The position numbers and the translations under genes were made by a program. Of a stretch of 64,000 nt of DNA, positions 12,420 through 23,877 are shown in pieces. Position 1 is the stretch's first letter; each line of letters starts with the position of its first letter. This DNA is from Mobula hypostoma. Its lineage: Eukaryota. Under the pieces are notes generated by a model. That model searched no databases. It was not told the origin of the DNA and was given only the letters and a program-made list of their open reading frames with translations. Where the stretch lies: contig NC_086097.1 of the NCBI RefSeq assembly GCF_963921235.1, positions 206,462,001 to 206,526,000 on the forward strand, given 5' to 3'.

Positions 12420-12990
12420 ACAAATGACCTGGTGACCTTTATAGAAAAGATATTAAAGTACAACAATAAGGAAGTTTTCTTACAATTACGCAGGAAATTA
12501 GTAGGGTCACACCTTGGGTAATGTGTACAATGTCATGCTCTTATTTCTTTAAGGATGTCCTAGCATTGATGACACTTCAACAAAGCTTCACTAGATTGAC
12601 TTCGGGGATGAAGTGAAAAGTCTGTTTCAAGGTAACTACTGCATAAATTCCCTGCAGCATTGATGACTGAAAGGTAGTCTTATTGAAGCTTAACACCTTG
12701 AAAAAGCTATACAGGGTCAATTCTGAGAGTTTGTGCCCCTTGGTTAGAGAAATGTTTCAGGGTAAGAAATTAGAAGACATTTCTTCACTAAGAGGATGGT
12801 GAACTTTTGTTATTCACTACCTCAGGGCACAGGATGTTTTTTCATTGATATAATCAAGCTGAGACAGACAACCTTTTTGCAGAAACCATGAGGAAAAGAT
12901 TTAGTTGAGAAATTGATGTGAGGTTAGTCAATGATAATTTAATGGAACGTTGATGCAAGTGCCCTACACCTGCTATTTTTTATTATTTTC
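12420..12990 (+). mobile_element. Old CR1 3' fragment
   Basis: Decayed L.LY..LV...L..CV and FT.R.VN remnants plus degenerate 3' UTR. Confidence 0.55.
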
Positions 12991-14064
12991 TTAATGGCCA
13001 ACTCTGTTGCTAGGTTGTGATGCAATCAGTTCAAAAATTGCAGAAATTCAATACAGTGTGTGTTAGTCAGAATTTCCACTTCAAATTTCAATACCTTTTC
13101 AGCTGTTTTGCTGTTATCAGGGTAAATGTTGAAAGAATACAATTTAATTATCATCTATATGTTTAAATACAAGTTCTATAATTTTCTGAACAACAGCTAA
13201 TAACAAAACATTATTTAATTTTTATTATATTGTATAGTAAACAGTAAGTAAGAATAAATTGAGATATTTGTATAAAAGCAAAGAAAACATCAATATTGCT
13301 GAATGTGATGGCATAAATGTTCTAATATATTGAGATTGCTTTTAAAACATCAGTTTCAATTTTATGGACTATTTTTAAAAGAACAAGGATTTTGTCTTAA
13401 TGGAAACACAGAAATATGAGTCTATATTTTGCTGCCTGTGGGTGGAATTGATAATGGGAATCATTGCCAGTTAGTCATGCAACTAGATCCTGGACTAAAT
13501 GCCAGAATCCTGGAAAAAACTGACCTCTTGTTACATCATGGCCTACCTAGTGACTGAAGCCACCACATTCGTCATACTGCTTCATTAGTGGACTCCATAT
13601 AGAAGCCAAGGAAGAGGTCAGTCTTACTAGAATTCCCTAGCATTATATTGGAGAATCTATCTCACTGAATATATAGTACTCAATCAGATTTGGTGAGGGC
13701 AGAAGCCCTATTCATTTCAGTTGCTGCATTTTATTTTATTTTAAAGTTTCTGTTCTTACTGATTTACACCTATTTTCTTCTACTTTTTAACCCTTTAAAT
13801 TATTTTATTTATTTTATTCAATTAATAGTTGCTTAATGTTTCAAGTTCTGGGGATATTTAAAAACTATTAAATGAAGCCTCACCTGCTTTGGCCAAGGCA
13901 ACAATCAATTTGAGGATTAATCACTGCTGTGAGCTTGCTGCACCTAGCCGTCCAACCGATGGGCAGAGGAGGTTCACTGAGATTGGCCCTCTGTACCCTG
14001 GGTGGGGATCCCAGCAGTAGGCTGGGTTCAGCATGATTCAGCCGCTCAAACCACCTCAGCTTCA

Positions 14065-14410
14065 ACATAAACCATAGAACGCAGTATAGGATAGGAACAG
14101 GCCACTTGGCCCATGAGGTTCTGCCAAACTAATTAAACTATTTACGCCTAAATATACCAAACCCTTCTGCTTGCACATGTTCTATATCCTTCTGTTCTCT
14201 GCATATTCATATGCTTATTTTAGAGCCTCAAGTGCCACTATCGTGTCTATCTCCACCACCACTCCTGGCAGCACATTTCAAGCACCCATCACACTCTGTC
14301 CAGAAAAACTTGTCACGCACATCTCCTTTAAACTTCCACCCTCTTACTTTAAATCCACGTACTCTAGTATCAGACATTTCAACCCTTGGACAAAGAAATA
14401 GACTCTCTGC
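14065..14410 (-). mobile_element. CR1 3' end
   Basis: TRVRGFKVRGWKFKGDVRDKFF on the minus strand; (ccatag)-type tail at ~14070. Confidence 0.8.
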
Positions 14411-14999
14411 TCCATTGTATGAATATATGAGTGTCCAAGTGCAGGACTGTAAGCTATCAATCAATATCACCACAGCAGTAGCATTATATATTCTGAGTAG
14501 TTTCTTAAATGTGCTTCCTGTATTTCTTGTGATACTTTCATATTTAGCCATAATATTGGCAATAAAGTAACATTATATCCTGAATACACATCAACACTCT
14601 TGTAAATTCACAAAAGCCAATTCAGACAACTTAAATTTCATAATCGGCAATGAAAGATATTACCATATTTTAATAATTAATTTCATTAATCTAGCTCAAT
14701 GATCTTACAGTAATTGCTTATTTGTTACGTAAAGCATTTTTAGCAAACATCATTCACTCCAATAGTGACCTTCATTTTATTCCATAATGTCTCTGCAGAT
14801 GTTGTATACAAGCCAGAAATAATCAGTCCTCTTCATGATACTCAGTCTTCTGTGGTGCACTAGTTTAAAAGGTGCCACATAAATAGTTTCTCTGACTTAT
14901 GCGACCAACAGAGGACACAGAAATTACAACACTTCCCACTGACAATCTCACTACATGCCAGTCGCAGAAAACAGTGGGAAATCACTAATCTCACTCAAA

Positions 15000-17150
15000 A
15001 TTACAGGAACAATGTAAATTACAATAAAACTGCAAATACAAAAAGAAAGAGAACAATAATAATAATAATGAATAAATACTCAATAAACATTAAGTACATG
15101 AGATGAAGATTCCTTGAAAGTAAGTGATGGGGCAATTAAAGTTGAGTGAAGTTATCCTCTCAGGTTCAAGTGCTTGATGGTAATATCTGATCCTAAATCT
15201 GGTGGTGTGGGTCCTGAGGCTCCTGTACCACTTTCCTAATGGCAGAAGGAAGAAGAGAGCATAGCCTGGATGGTGGGAGTCCTTGACAATAGGTGCTTCT
15301 TTACTGTGACGGTGCTCCATGGTGCAGAAGGCTTTATCCATGATGGACGGTGCCATATCCACTATTATTAGTAGGCTTTTCCGTACAAGGGCTTTGGTGC
15401 TTCTATACCAGGTTGTGATACCACCAGTCAATATACTCTCCACCATACTGTACAATAGATGTCTGTCGAAGTTTAGATGACTTTCTGAATGAATGCAAAC
15501 TTCTAAGAAAGTTGAGGCACTGCCATGCTTTCTTTATAATGGCACTCACATCCTGGACCCAGGACAGATCCTCTGAAATGAGAACACTGAGGAATTTTAA
15601 CTTGCTGGCCCTTCCACCTCTGATGCCCTGTTGACGACTTGCTCATGAAGACCCAGTTTCCTCCTTCTGAAGTCAATAATCATCTCCTCAGTCTTGCTGA
15701 TATTGAGTGAGAGGTAATTGTTGTGGCACCACTCAGCCAGATTTTCACTCCCCCTCGGATATGCTGATTCATCACCGCTCTTGAATCAGTCAATTTCAGT
15801 GGTGTCGTCAGCAAACTTTGCAAGTGAGGAAATCGAGGATCCATTCACAAACAAGAGAAAATCTGCAGATGCTGGAAATCTGAGCAACACATACAAAAAT
15901 GCTGGAGGAATTCAGCAGGCCAGGCAGCATCTATGGAAAAGTCCTGCCCAAGGGTTTCAGCCCCCAAAATTAACTGTACCCTTTTCCAACTCCTGCTGAA
16001 GGGTTTTAGCCTGAAATGTTGACTGTACTCTTTTTCATAGATGCTACCTGGCCTGCTGAGTTCCTCCAGCATTTCGTCTGTATAAATCGAGGTTCCAGTT
16101 GCACAAGGAGGTATTAAGCCGAGGATGTGAAGCTTATTGATTAGTTTTAAGTGTTTGATAGTATTGAATGCCATGCTGTAGTCAATGAAGACCATACTGA
16201 TGAATGCATCTTTACTGTCCAGATATTGAGCGAAGAGCCAATGAAATGTCATCTGCCTGTTGACCTGTTGTGATGGAATGGATTCAAATCACTTCTCAAG
16301 TAGGAGTTGATATGTTTCATCACCAGCCTCTCAAAGTACTTCATCACAGTGGATGTAAGTTCTACTGGACAATAATCATTGAGGCAGGTTACCATGATAT
16401 TCTTAGGCACCAGTAAAATTGAAGCCTGCTTGAAGCAGGTGGGTAGCTCAGACTGCCAAAGCAAGAGGGTAAAGATATCGGTGAATATTCCAGCTAGTTC
16501 TTCAGTACTAGGCCAGGTACCCCATCTGGGCCGGATGCTTTCCGTAGGTTCACTCTCCTGAAGGATGCTCTCATGTCAACCTCAGAAACTGCAATCACAT
16601 GGTCATCAGGGGGTGGTGCAAGTTTATCATGAAACAGAGACCCCTACCTTCAGCCTTTACTGAATCAGTGGTCCTTTCCAATCCATCTAGTCTATCAAGA
16701 AGCGTTTGAGTCTTACTAATGTATTCAGCATGCCTGGAGTAAGCCATGTCTCCATGAAACACAGATTACAGCACTTCCTCATGTCCCACCGATACAGCAA
16801 TCTTACCCCTAGATCCTCGATCTTGTTCTCCAGGGACTGTACATTTGCTGGATTTTCATTCCACTGCATTTCAGTCTGGATTGGAGTCCTCCCTTCCTCG
16901 CTCTCTTCCAGTCATGCTGATGTACTCTTGTCCACTTCAAATGCCATACCTGCATGCTTGAGAGTTAAATCTGCCGAAGGTCATGAAATAACTAATTCCT
17001 TAAGACTGTTCAAAAGGGAACAGTCTTAATGGTGATGCTTAAAGTGAAATTACAGGTTGCCGGCTGCAGTGAGAGTAATTCAGAGGAGGTATTCATAAGT
17101 TTTGTGAGCAGAATCCAACATGTTGCTGTGATTCACCGGTGTCATCTTCG
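15000..17150 (-). mobile_element. Rex1/Babar LINE with large internal deletions
   Basis: APE ANVQSLENK...CFMETWL, RT-proximal PTCFKQASI..VPK...CLNDY.PV.LTSTVMK.FERLV, DYS.AFNTI, C-terminal VESILTG.IT.WY; AAGATGAC leader at 17148-17141. Confidence 0.88.
15844..16083. mobile_element. Penelope-derived palindromic unit with two tandem degenerate hammerhead-like cores
   Basis: Inverted arms atgctggaggaattcagcaggccaggcagcatctatg / catagatgctacctggcctgctgagttcctccagcat; 14-bp TSD aaatcgagg(a/t)tcca at 15830-15843 and 16084-16097. Confidence 0.8.
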
Positions 17151-18184
17151 ACACTGGTCCATCTGAAATGAACTGCATCATCATTTTAACCACAATGAAT
17201 TGTTTTGTCATCTCACTTACATTTGTGAAATTGTTCAAAGACAGTTTTTTTACAGACACCAACTTTGAATGAATTAAAGGAAATCCATCCCGCAATTTCC
17301 TGCCTCACAATTATTGATTCTGGTGTTCTTCCTTCTTTTTCACCAAGTGATCAATGGGAAATTAGTCAATTCTATTTCCATGTTGTTTTGATATAGGAAA
17401 TGCTATTGTTTTAGTGTCTTTATTAATGACAAAATATTGATATTACTTCAGGTTTGGTTTTGAAGAGCAAAGATTTTATTTTTTGCCAGTTAACTCCAGA
17501 TCTAATATTTCCCTTTCTACTATTTCTTGGCGAGCTTTTCAAGTGAAATTGGAAGATAGGGATTTATACAAAAGCATATATTTCTCATGCCTAACAACAA
17601 AATAATTTGCCATTCCACAGCACAATGACTTCTTACAGCCAGTGGAATATTTGCTTGTATTTTCCCTATAAACGTTACCAGAATTCACATGATGCACTGT
17701 CATTGTTAATGCAAACAGAGCAGAGAGATGGGTGTGCCTGCCAGTCAAACAGAAGACTGTTTTGCAATGATGCATTTGTTGTTGAAAGAACTTGGCACAG
17801 AGCAGCCAGCTAAACTGAAATATCAAGCCAGAACTGCAAGAGAAATATAATCTCTCTCACTTACAGAGCTAGTGTGAATGTGGCTGATACAAATGATGGG
17901 AGAAAAGGAAGACAGCAAGCCTTAATCAGGGAAGGGGATCACATTTGGTTTCAGTCATAGACCTTTTACAGAGACAGCTGTTACTATTTCCTTTTCTCCC
18001 TTACTCTTGTTGACTTGCTGAAAATGCACTTGGTTTTGTTTAAGCTAACAAAGAGAAGTCACTAAAATGCATCAATTCATGCTGAGATGGAACAGATGTA
18101 TATTGAAATTCTGGGGTAGAGTTTCATGGGTTTGGTAAGTTGGTGTTGGTGTTGGGGATTAATATTCTGATTTATTATTACCCT

Positions 18185-19810
18185 AGAGTCATAGAAAATG
18201 ACAACACAGAAACAGGCCTTTTGGCCTATCTAGTCTCTTCAGACCCATTAATCTCCCTAGTCCCATCGACCTGCACCCAGGATCAAAGCCCTCCATAACC
18301 CTGTCATCCAGGTACCTACCAAAATGTTTCTTAAATGTTGAAATTGACTCCAGCTCCAGCATTTGCACTGGCAGCTCATTCCACACTCTCACCACCCTCT
18401 GAGTGAAGAGGCTCCCCACCCCATATTCCCCTTAAACATTTCACCTTTGTATGGGCAATTACACAGCACCACTACTTCCTCAGGAGATTGAGACGATTTG
18501 GCACGACTTCTAAAACTTTGATAAACTTCAACAGATGTGTAGCGGAGAGTATATTGACTGGCTCCATCACCTTGTGTTCTTGATATTTATTGCTTATTAA
18601 TTTATTATTACTATTCCTTTCTTTTTGTGTTTGTGCAGTTTGTTCTCTTTTGCACACTGGTTGAATACCCAAGTTGATGTGGTCTTTCATTGATTCTATT
18701 ATGGTTATTATTCTATTATGTATTTATTAAGTATGCCCACAAGAAAGTAAATCTCAGGGTTGTATATGGTGACGTGTATGTACTTTGATAATAAATTTAC
18801 TTTGAACTTTGAACTTTTGAACCTTTCACCCTTAAACCATGACATCTTAATGTAGTCTCATCCAACCTCAGTGGAAAAATCCTGCTTGCATTTACCCGAT
18901 CTATACATCTCATAATTTTGTATACTTTTATGAAATCTCCCCTCAGTCTTTTACAGTCTAGGGAATAAATTCTTGGTATATTCAACCTTTCCCTATATCT
19001 CAGGTCCTCAAGTCTCAGCAACAACCTTGTAAATTTTCTCTGCACTCTTTCAATCTTATTTACATACTTCTTGTAGGTAAGGTACCAAAACTGCACATCA
19101 TATTCCAAATTAGGCCTTACCAGGGTCTTAATCAATTTCAACATAACATCCCAACCCCTCTGAAAATACATTGATTTATGAAGGCCATAAGCTTTCATTA
19201 TGACCCTACCTACCGGTGATGTAACTCTCAATGAATTATGGATCTGTACTCCCAGATCCCTTTGTTCTACTGCGCTAGTCAGTGCCCTACTGCTCACTGT
19301 GAAAGACCTACCCTGGTTGATCCTCCCAAAGTACAACACCTTACACTTTTGTCTGCATTAAATTCCCTCGGCCATTTTTCAGCCCACTTCACCAGCTGGT
19401 CCAAATCCCACTGCAAGCTTTGATGATCTTCCTCCCTGTCCACTACACCCCCATCTTGGTGTCATCCGCATATTTCCAGATTCATTTAACCACATTATCA
19501 TCCAGATCATTGATATAGATGACCAACAAGAACAGACCCAGCACTGATCCTTGCTGCACACTTCTAGTCACAGGCCTCCAGTCAAGAGAGGCAGCCATCT
19601 ATAACCACTCTTTGACTTCTTCTGAGAAACCAATATCTAATCCAATTTACTACTTCATTTTGAATACCAAATGATTAAGCCATCTTGACCAATCTCCCAT
19701 GTGGAACCTTGTGAAAGTCCATGTAGACAACATTCATGGCGTTGCCTTCATTAGCTTTCTTAGTATCTAAAGATTGGTTAGACACGACTTACCACACACA
19801 AAGGGATGAG
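18185..19810 (-). mobile_element. CR1 LINE (RT plus 3' UTR) with a nested Rex1/Babar 3' end
   Basis: ORF 18797-19339 (LVRPNLEY..QFW, ERVQRKFTR) and ORF 18189-18419 (FTQRVVRVWNELP). Confidence 0.92.
18449..18820 (+). mobile_element. Rex1/Babar 3' end inserted in CR1
   Basis: YFLRRLRRFG...FNRCVAESILTG; (gaacttt)n tail; TSD accttt at 18443-18448 and 18821-18826. Confidence 0.85.
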
Positions 19811-20769
19811 AGGTGCTGATCATCCCTAATTACTTTGTGAGGAAGTAAAGCAGAGTTGCTACAGAACTTGCTGTTTCTGGCTTCTTGCACTATTTGAAGG
19901 CTCTGCCAATCTTTCACCAAAAAGTGTGGAAGAATATCATGACAGCCTCCACATAAAATCAAAGTACATGCTTAAAGTCCATTGTCGTCCATGTCGGTCT
20001 GCTGCAAATGAGGTTATGCACATGTCCTTTTAAAAATAAAATAAGCTATGTGGATATGATGAATGATTAAATAGTAATGATGCTAAATTGTTATGACAGC
20101 AAAATTGTCATTCTAAGGAGACAAATTGAAAATGGAAGTACTTGGCACTTGTAGAAACTATTGGAGATTTTGGGTTTCTACTTAAACAAGTCTTCTGTTT
20201 TTGAGAATTTCTATTTATGTTGTGGTAATACAGGTATTCCTTAATTTACACACATTCAATTTACAAATTTTCATTACAATACCATTGAGTCTTTAGAGTA
20301 CATATTGTCTATTTTGCAAAGAACTTTTTGCTATAATGAAAATTGTGATCTTCTCCATCATTGAAGCCTTCTTTCTCCTTTAGCATTTTGTCTTTATCGA
20401 GATGACAATGATCTGCATTTTGTTAGCATTAACCAAAATGTATTCTGGAAATGCCTTGCAGTTCTAAGGATTACGCCTCCTCTATTAAATCATGGCAGAG
20501 TGTGAGCATTAATACTACATTAGTTGTAATGAATGTAAGTGGAAAAGATGAGTGTTAAGTGAGCACCAGACATTTGTTAAATCTTGCAGTGTTGTGTATT
20601 TAATATTTCAGTAATAATTGAGTAAACTCGAATGTTGTTGATTAAGCATTCTTTGTTGTTTATGTAATGCATTGTGTGTTATCTGTAAAAGTATGTAAAT
20701 TGTATACATCATCAAACCACCACGTGATATGTGCACATCTCACTTAAAGGGAAAAGAAAACAAAAACTG

Positions 20770-21352
20770 TGTAACACGCTGTAAGGTTTCACTGCTAATG
20801 AAATGGCTTCTCTGTAATGTTCCACTGCTTAGGTAATGGTTTCTCTGTAGCAGCAATGTTTGGGTTATGACTAGAGATAACGGGGCATGCAAGCCAATGA
20901 GTGGGATGTTGTTCTTTCTTGTGTGTCTGGGAGCCGGGAATTCGCGGTCTTTTGCCATGGAGAGGTGAGGAGAGAAGACACAAATGGAGAGAGTTGGTAG
21001 ACCTCGAACAGAGTGGACTTGGAGTGAGGGTCCGAAGATCAGCGATGATCGGAGGAGGTTGGTGGTGGATGAACAGCCTTATCAGTGAGCTCCAATTTTG
21101 CACATTATACTGTTTCATGAGAATGGGCCCTTTTCCTTCTTTTGTTTTCTTTACTAACCATATAGTCAAATTTAAGAATTATAAAGCTCAATCGTTCAAT
21201 CGCATATTGTGTACTGTTTGTTATTTCGTGATACTGATTTGCAACAGGGGACACATCGTGCACCATCCACCGTAACGGGATTTCTTAAGTTTGGCCGGGC
21301 TGGAGCGGTGGGGGGGTGTGAACATTAAGCCACTAGCCAAAGGAGAGTTACA
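20770..21352. mobile_element. Solo LTR of a second LTR family, inserted in the Gypsy 5' LTR
   Basis: Termini TGTAAC...GTTACA; 4-bp TSD actg/acta; the host LTR continues on both sides. Confidence 0.85.
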
Positions 21353-21605
21353 ACTAAACAAGTGGTCTTTGTCTCCTGTCTTTTTGCTTTCAATTAGTTT
21401 AATGTTTAGAAGTTACATAACATGACAGTGGCAATGAGGTATGTTGAAGCTCAGTGAGACGCTCAAGTTAAAAAAAAAGGTTGAGTTTTTAAAAAGGTGC
21501 AGCACATTTCATTTCCTTTGAAGCAACAACACATTTTCTCCACAAAAGGAAAGACGATAGAACTTTTAAAAAAGCATAAGATGGTAGAATTCACAGGTTC
21601 ATAAA

Positions 21606-22378
21606 CAATTTTCCCTCTAATTTGTAATGACCAGTGCGTGCAAAAATCTTGTGCTGTGCTATTTTTTTGCCCAGTGATAATGATATTTGCATATTGAATG
21701 TCATATATAGAGGTATTCATTTTAACAGCTAGCAAAACACTGTCAATAAGAACCATGATCTTCTCTGGGTTTGATCATTTTCATCTCGTTCATCTGCACT
21801 CTCACAAAACAAGCATACATGCTACAGCCCTGCTAATGAAGGACTTTCTTGCTGGAGTTTTTGCACATTGTCCATATGTGATTTGCTTGTTAAATGACAC
21901 TTTAAAAATTCAAGTTTCCAAATATCACTCCACTCCTTCGCACTGGCAAATTCTCCAGCAACTTTTGCTTCACGACAATATACTAGGGTAACACCAATTT
22001 CTGTATCGTACCATAAATATTTCTCATAACTGCACACTCCTGAACTCATGAGCTTTCATTAAGTCATTCTGTTTTAAATGATCTAGCAGTTCTTTTGCGC
22101 ATCACACCCTTTGCTTCTTTGGAATTTGACATAGAGAATCAATATTTTTTTAAATAAAAACTGTATAAAGCCTGTTCTAAAATCATTGCAAACTCCATGC
22201 TGTCAACACTGTCCTCATCAGAAACCAGAAAAAAATGTGATTGTGTACAATTGTGAAATATACTGAACATACCAACGAGGTAGAGGGTGATAATGTTTTG
22301 TGCAGTTTAAATTCCTTTGTGCGCTGGTAGCAAAGGATGTGTGCATGCACACATGCACAAACCTCAGAGGGAACACTG
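21606..22378 (-). mobile_element. Internally deleted hAT (Tip100-like) DNA transposon
   Basis: TIRs caattttccctctaa / tcagagggaacactg; 8-bp TSD ttcataaa/ttcataag; zinc-finger-like remnant YCREAKVAGEFASAK...KLEFLKCHLTSKSH. Confidence 0.85.
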
Positions 22379-23637
22379 TTCATAAGCAATGAGTTCCAAA
22401 TGATAATAATCATAACATAAAATGAGCAGAAATGGTTGGCTCTGTCGGAAAGATTGGCACTTTTGATTACATAACAGATAACTGGATATTGTATACTGAG
22501 CAGATTAATCAGTATTTTATAGTAAATGGAACGGCTGACAATAAGTGAGTGCCAATTTTGCTGAGAACATTGGATTTAAAAGCATACTGCTTGCTTAGGA
22601 GTTCATCTGTTCCAACCAAACTAGCCGATATGAGCTTTGCTGATATTGTGAAAGTAATGCTGGAACATTTAGATCTGAAATCATTGATGATTGCACAACA
22701 GTTTAAGTTTCATCAGGGGAATCAAAGGGAAGAGATGTCCATTTCAGCATACATAGCTGGATTGAAGAAATTATCTGAGCATTGTCAGTTCAGTGATAGG
22801 CTTAATGATGCACTGAGAGATCACTCAGTTTATGGAATCTTACAAGAAAGCATCAAAACAAGTGCTCTCTGAAGCACAACTTATATTTAAAAGAAATTGC
22901 TGTATCAATTGAAATGGCCGACAGGAATGCAAGTGAGCTTGAACAAAATTGCAGCGTCTAAACAGAAACCAAACGGGACAAAAAATTGTGCTACCTTTGT
23001 GACGGGGGCTCACACTAGATCAATGCAGATTTAAAGACAGAATTTGCAGAAAATACAACAAAGTAGGTCACATATCAAGAGCATGACAAACAGGCAAAAA
23101 TAGATGGACTGCACAGGAAAGAGAAAAAGGTAGAAAGTCAAGTTGCAGTTTCAAAAAGAGTATTAATCTGCATGCTGTTGATGAAAAGTCTGATGATGAT
23201 TAGAGTGACACAGGACTGAGTAGACTTGAGATTTACATTGTGAAAACGGACAATAGACAAGTAATATGGCTTACACCAGAATTGAACAGCAAGTTAATTA
23301 GAATGGAATTGGACTGATTCAACTGTTTCAGTCATTCTACAAAATGAGTTTGAATGACATTTCAAAACTATGGAACTTGAAGACCGCAGGTATCCAACCA
23401 AGAACCTATACTGAAGTAAAGATAACTACTGTAAGAATAACATTTGTAATACTGAAATACAACAACTAACAAGCCATATTGGGCTTGTATGTGGTAAAGA
23501 CAGGAGGGCCATCTTAGTGGGGGCATGATTGGCTGAGATAATGACAACTTGATTGGAGATCCATCTACCATTTGCATGCCACATCGTCTGCAATAGAATT
23601 AATTAGAAGCAAAATAACAAAAGTACAGGGTGGTGCC

Positions 23638-23877
23638 TCAATTGTCTCCATGCTGTACACCAGGAACTGCTTCCCAACAGAGAAAAAAACAAGTGCTGGT
23701 GCCTCTGTGCCTCTGGTTGGAAAGTACACTGGACCAAGGAAGTACTGTGCTGCTCAGAGGAATCGTGTAAATGTCGAGAGCAGTGGCCTGACTATAACAA
23801 TTTTTGTAGTTAACATATCTGAGAATGTTTCTGATGTGTTAATCAGGTAGTTACTTGTGAAATGTGGCTTAGTTTTG
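23638..23877 (+). pseudogene. RBM25: RBM25 processed fragment, 5' part (Pro-rich remnant to RRM start)
   Basis: VLV..SVPLVGKYTGPRK...SGLTITIFVVNISENVSDVLIR*LLVKCGLVL versus recalled RBM25 VLVPTVSMVGKHLGARK...GPTTTVFVGNISEKASDMLIRQLLAKCGLVL; TAG stop at 23848-23850. Confidence 0.88.

Noticed and set aside
21822..22049. Zinc-finger-like ORF as a host gene exon (ZNF862-like)
   Set aside because: It lies between hAT TIRs with an 8-bp TSD, so it is a transposase remnant.
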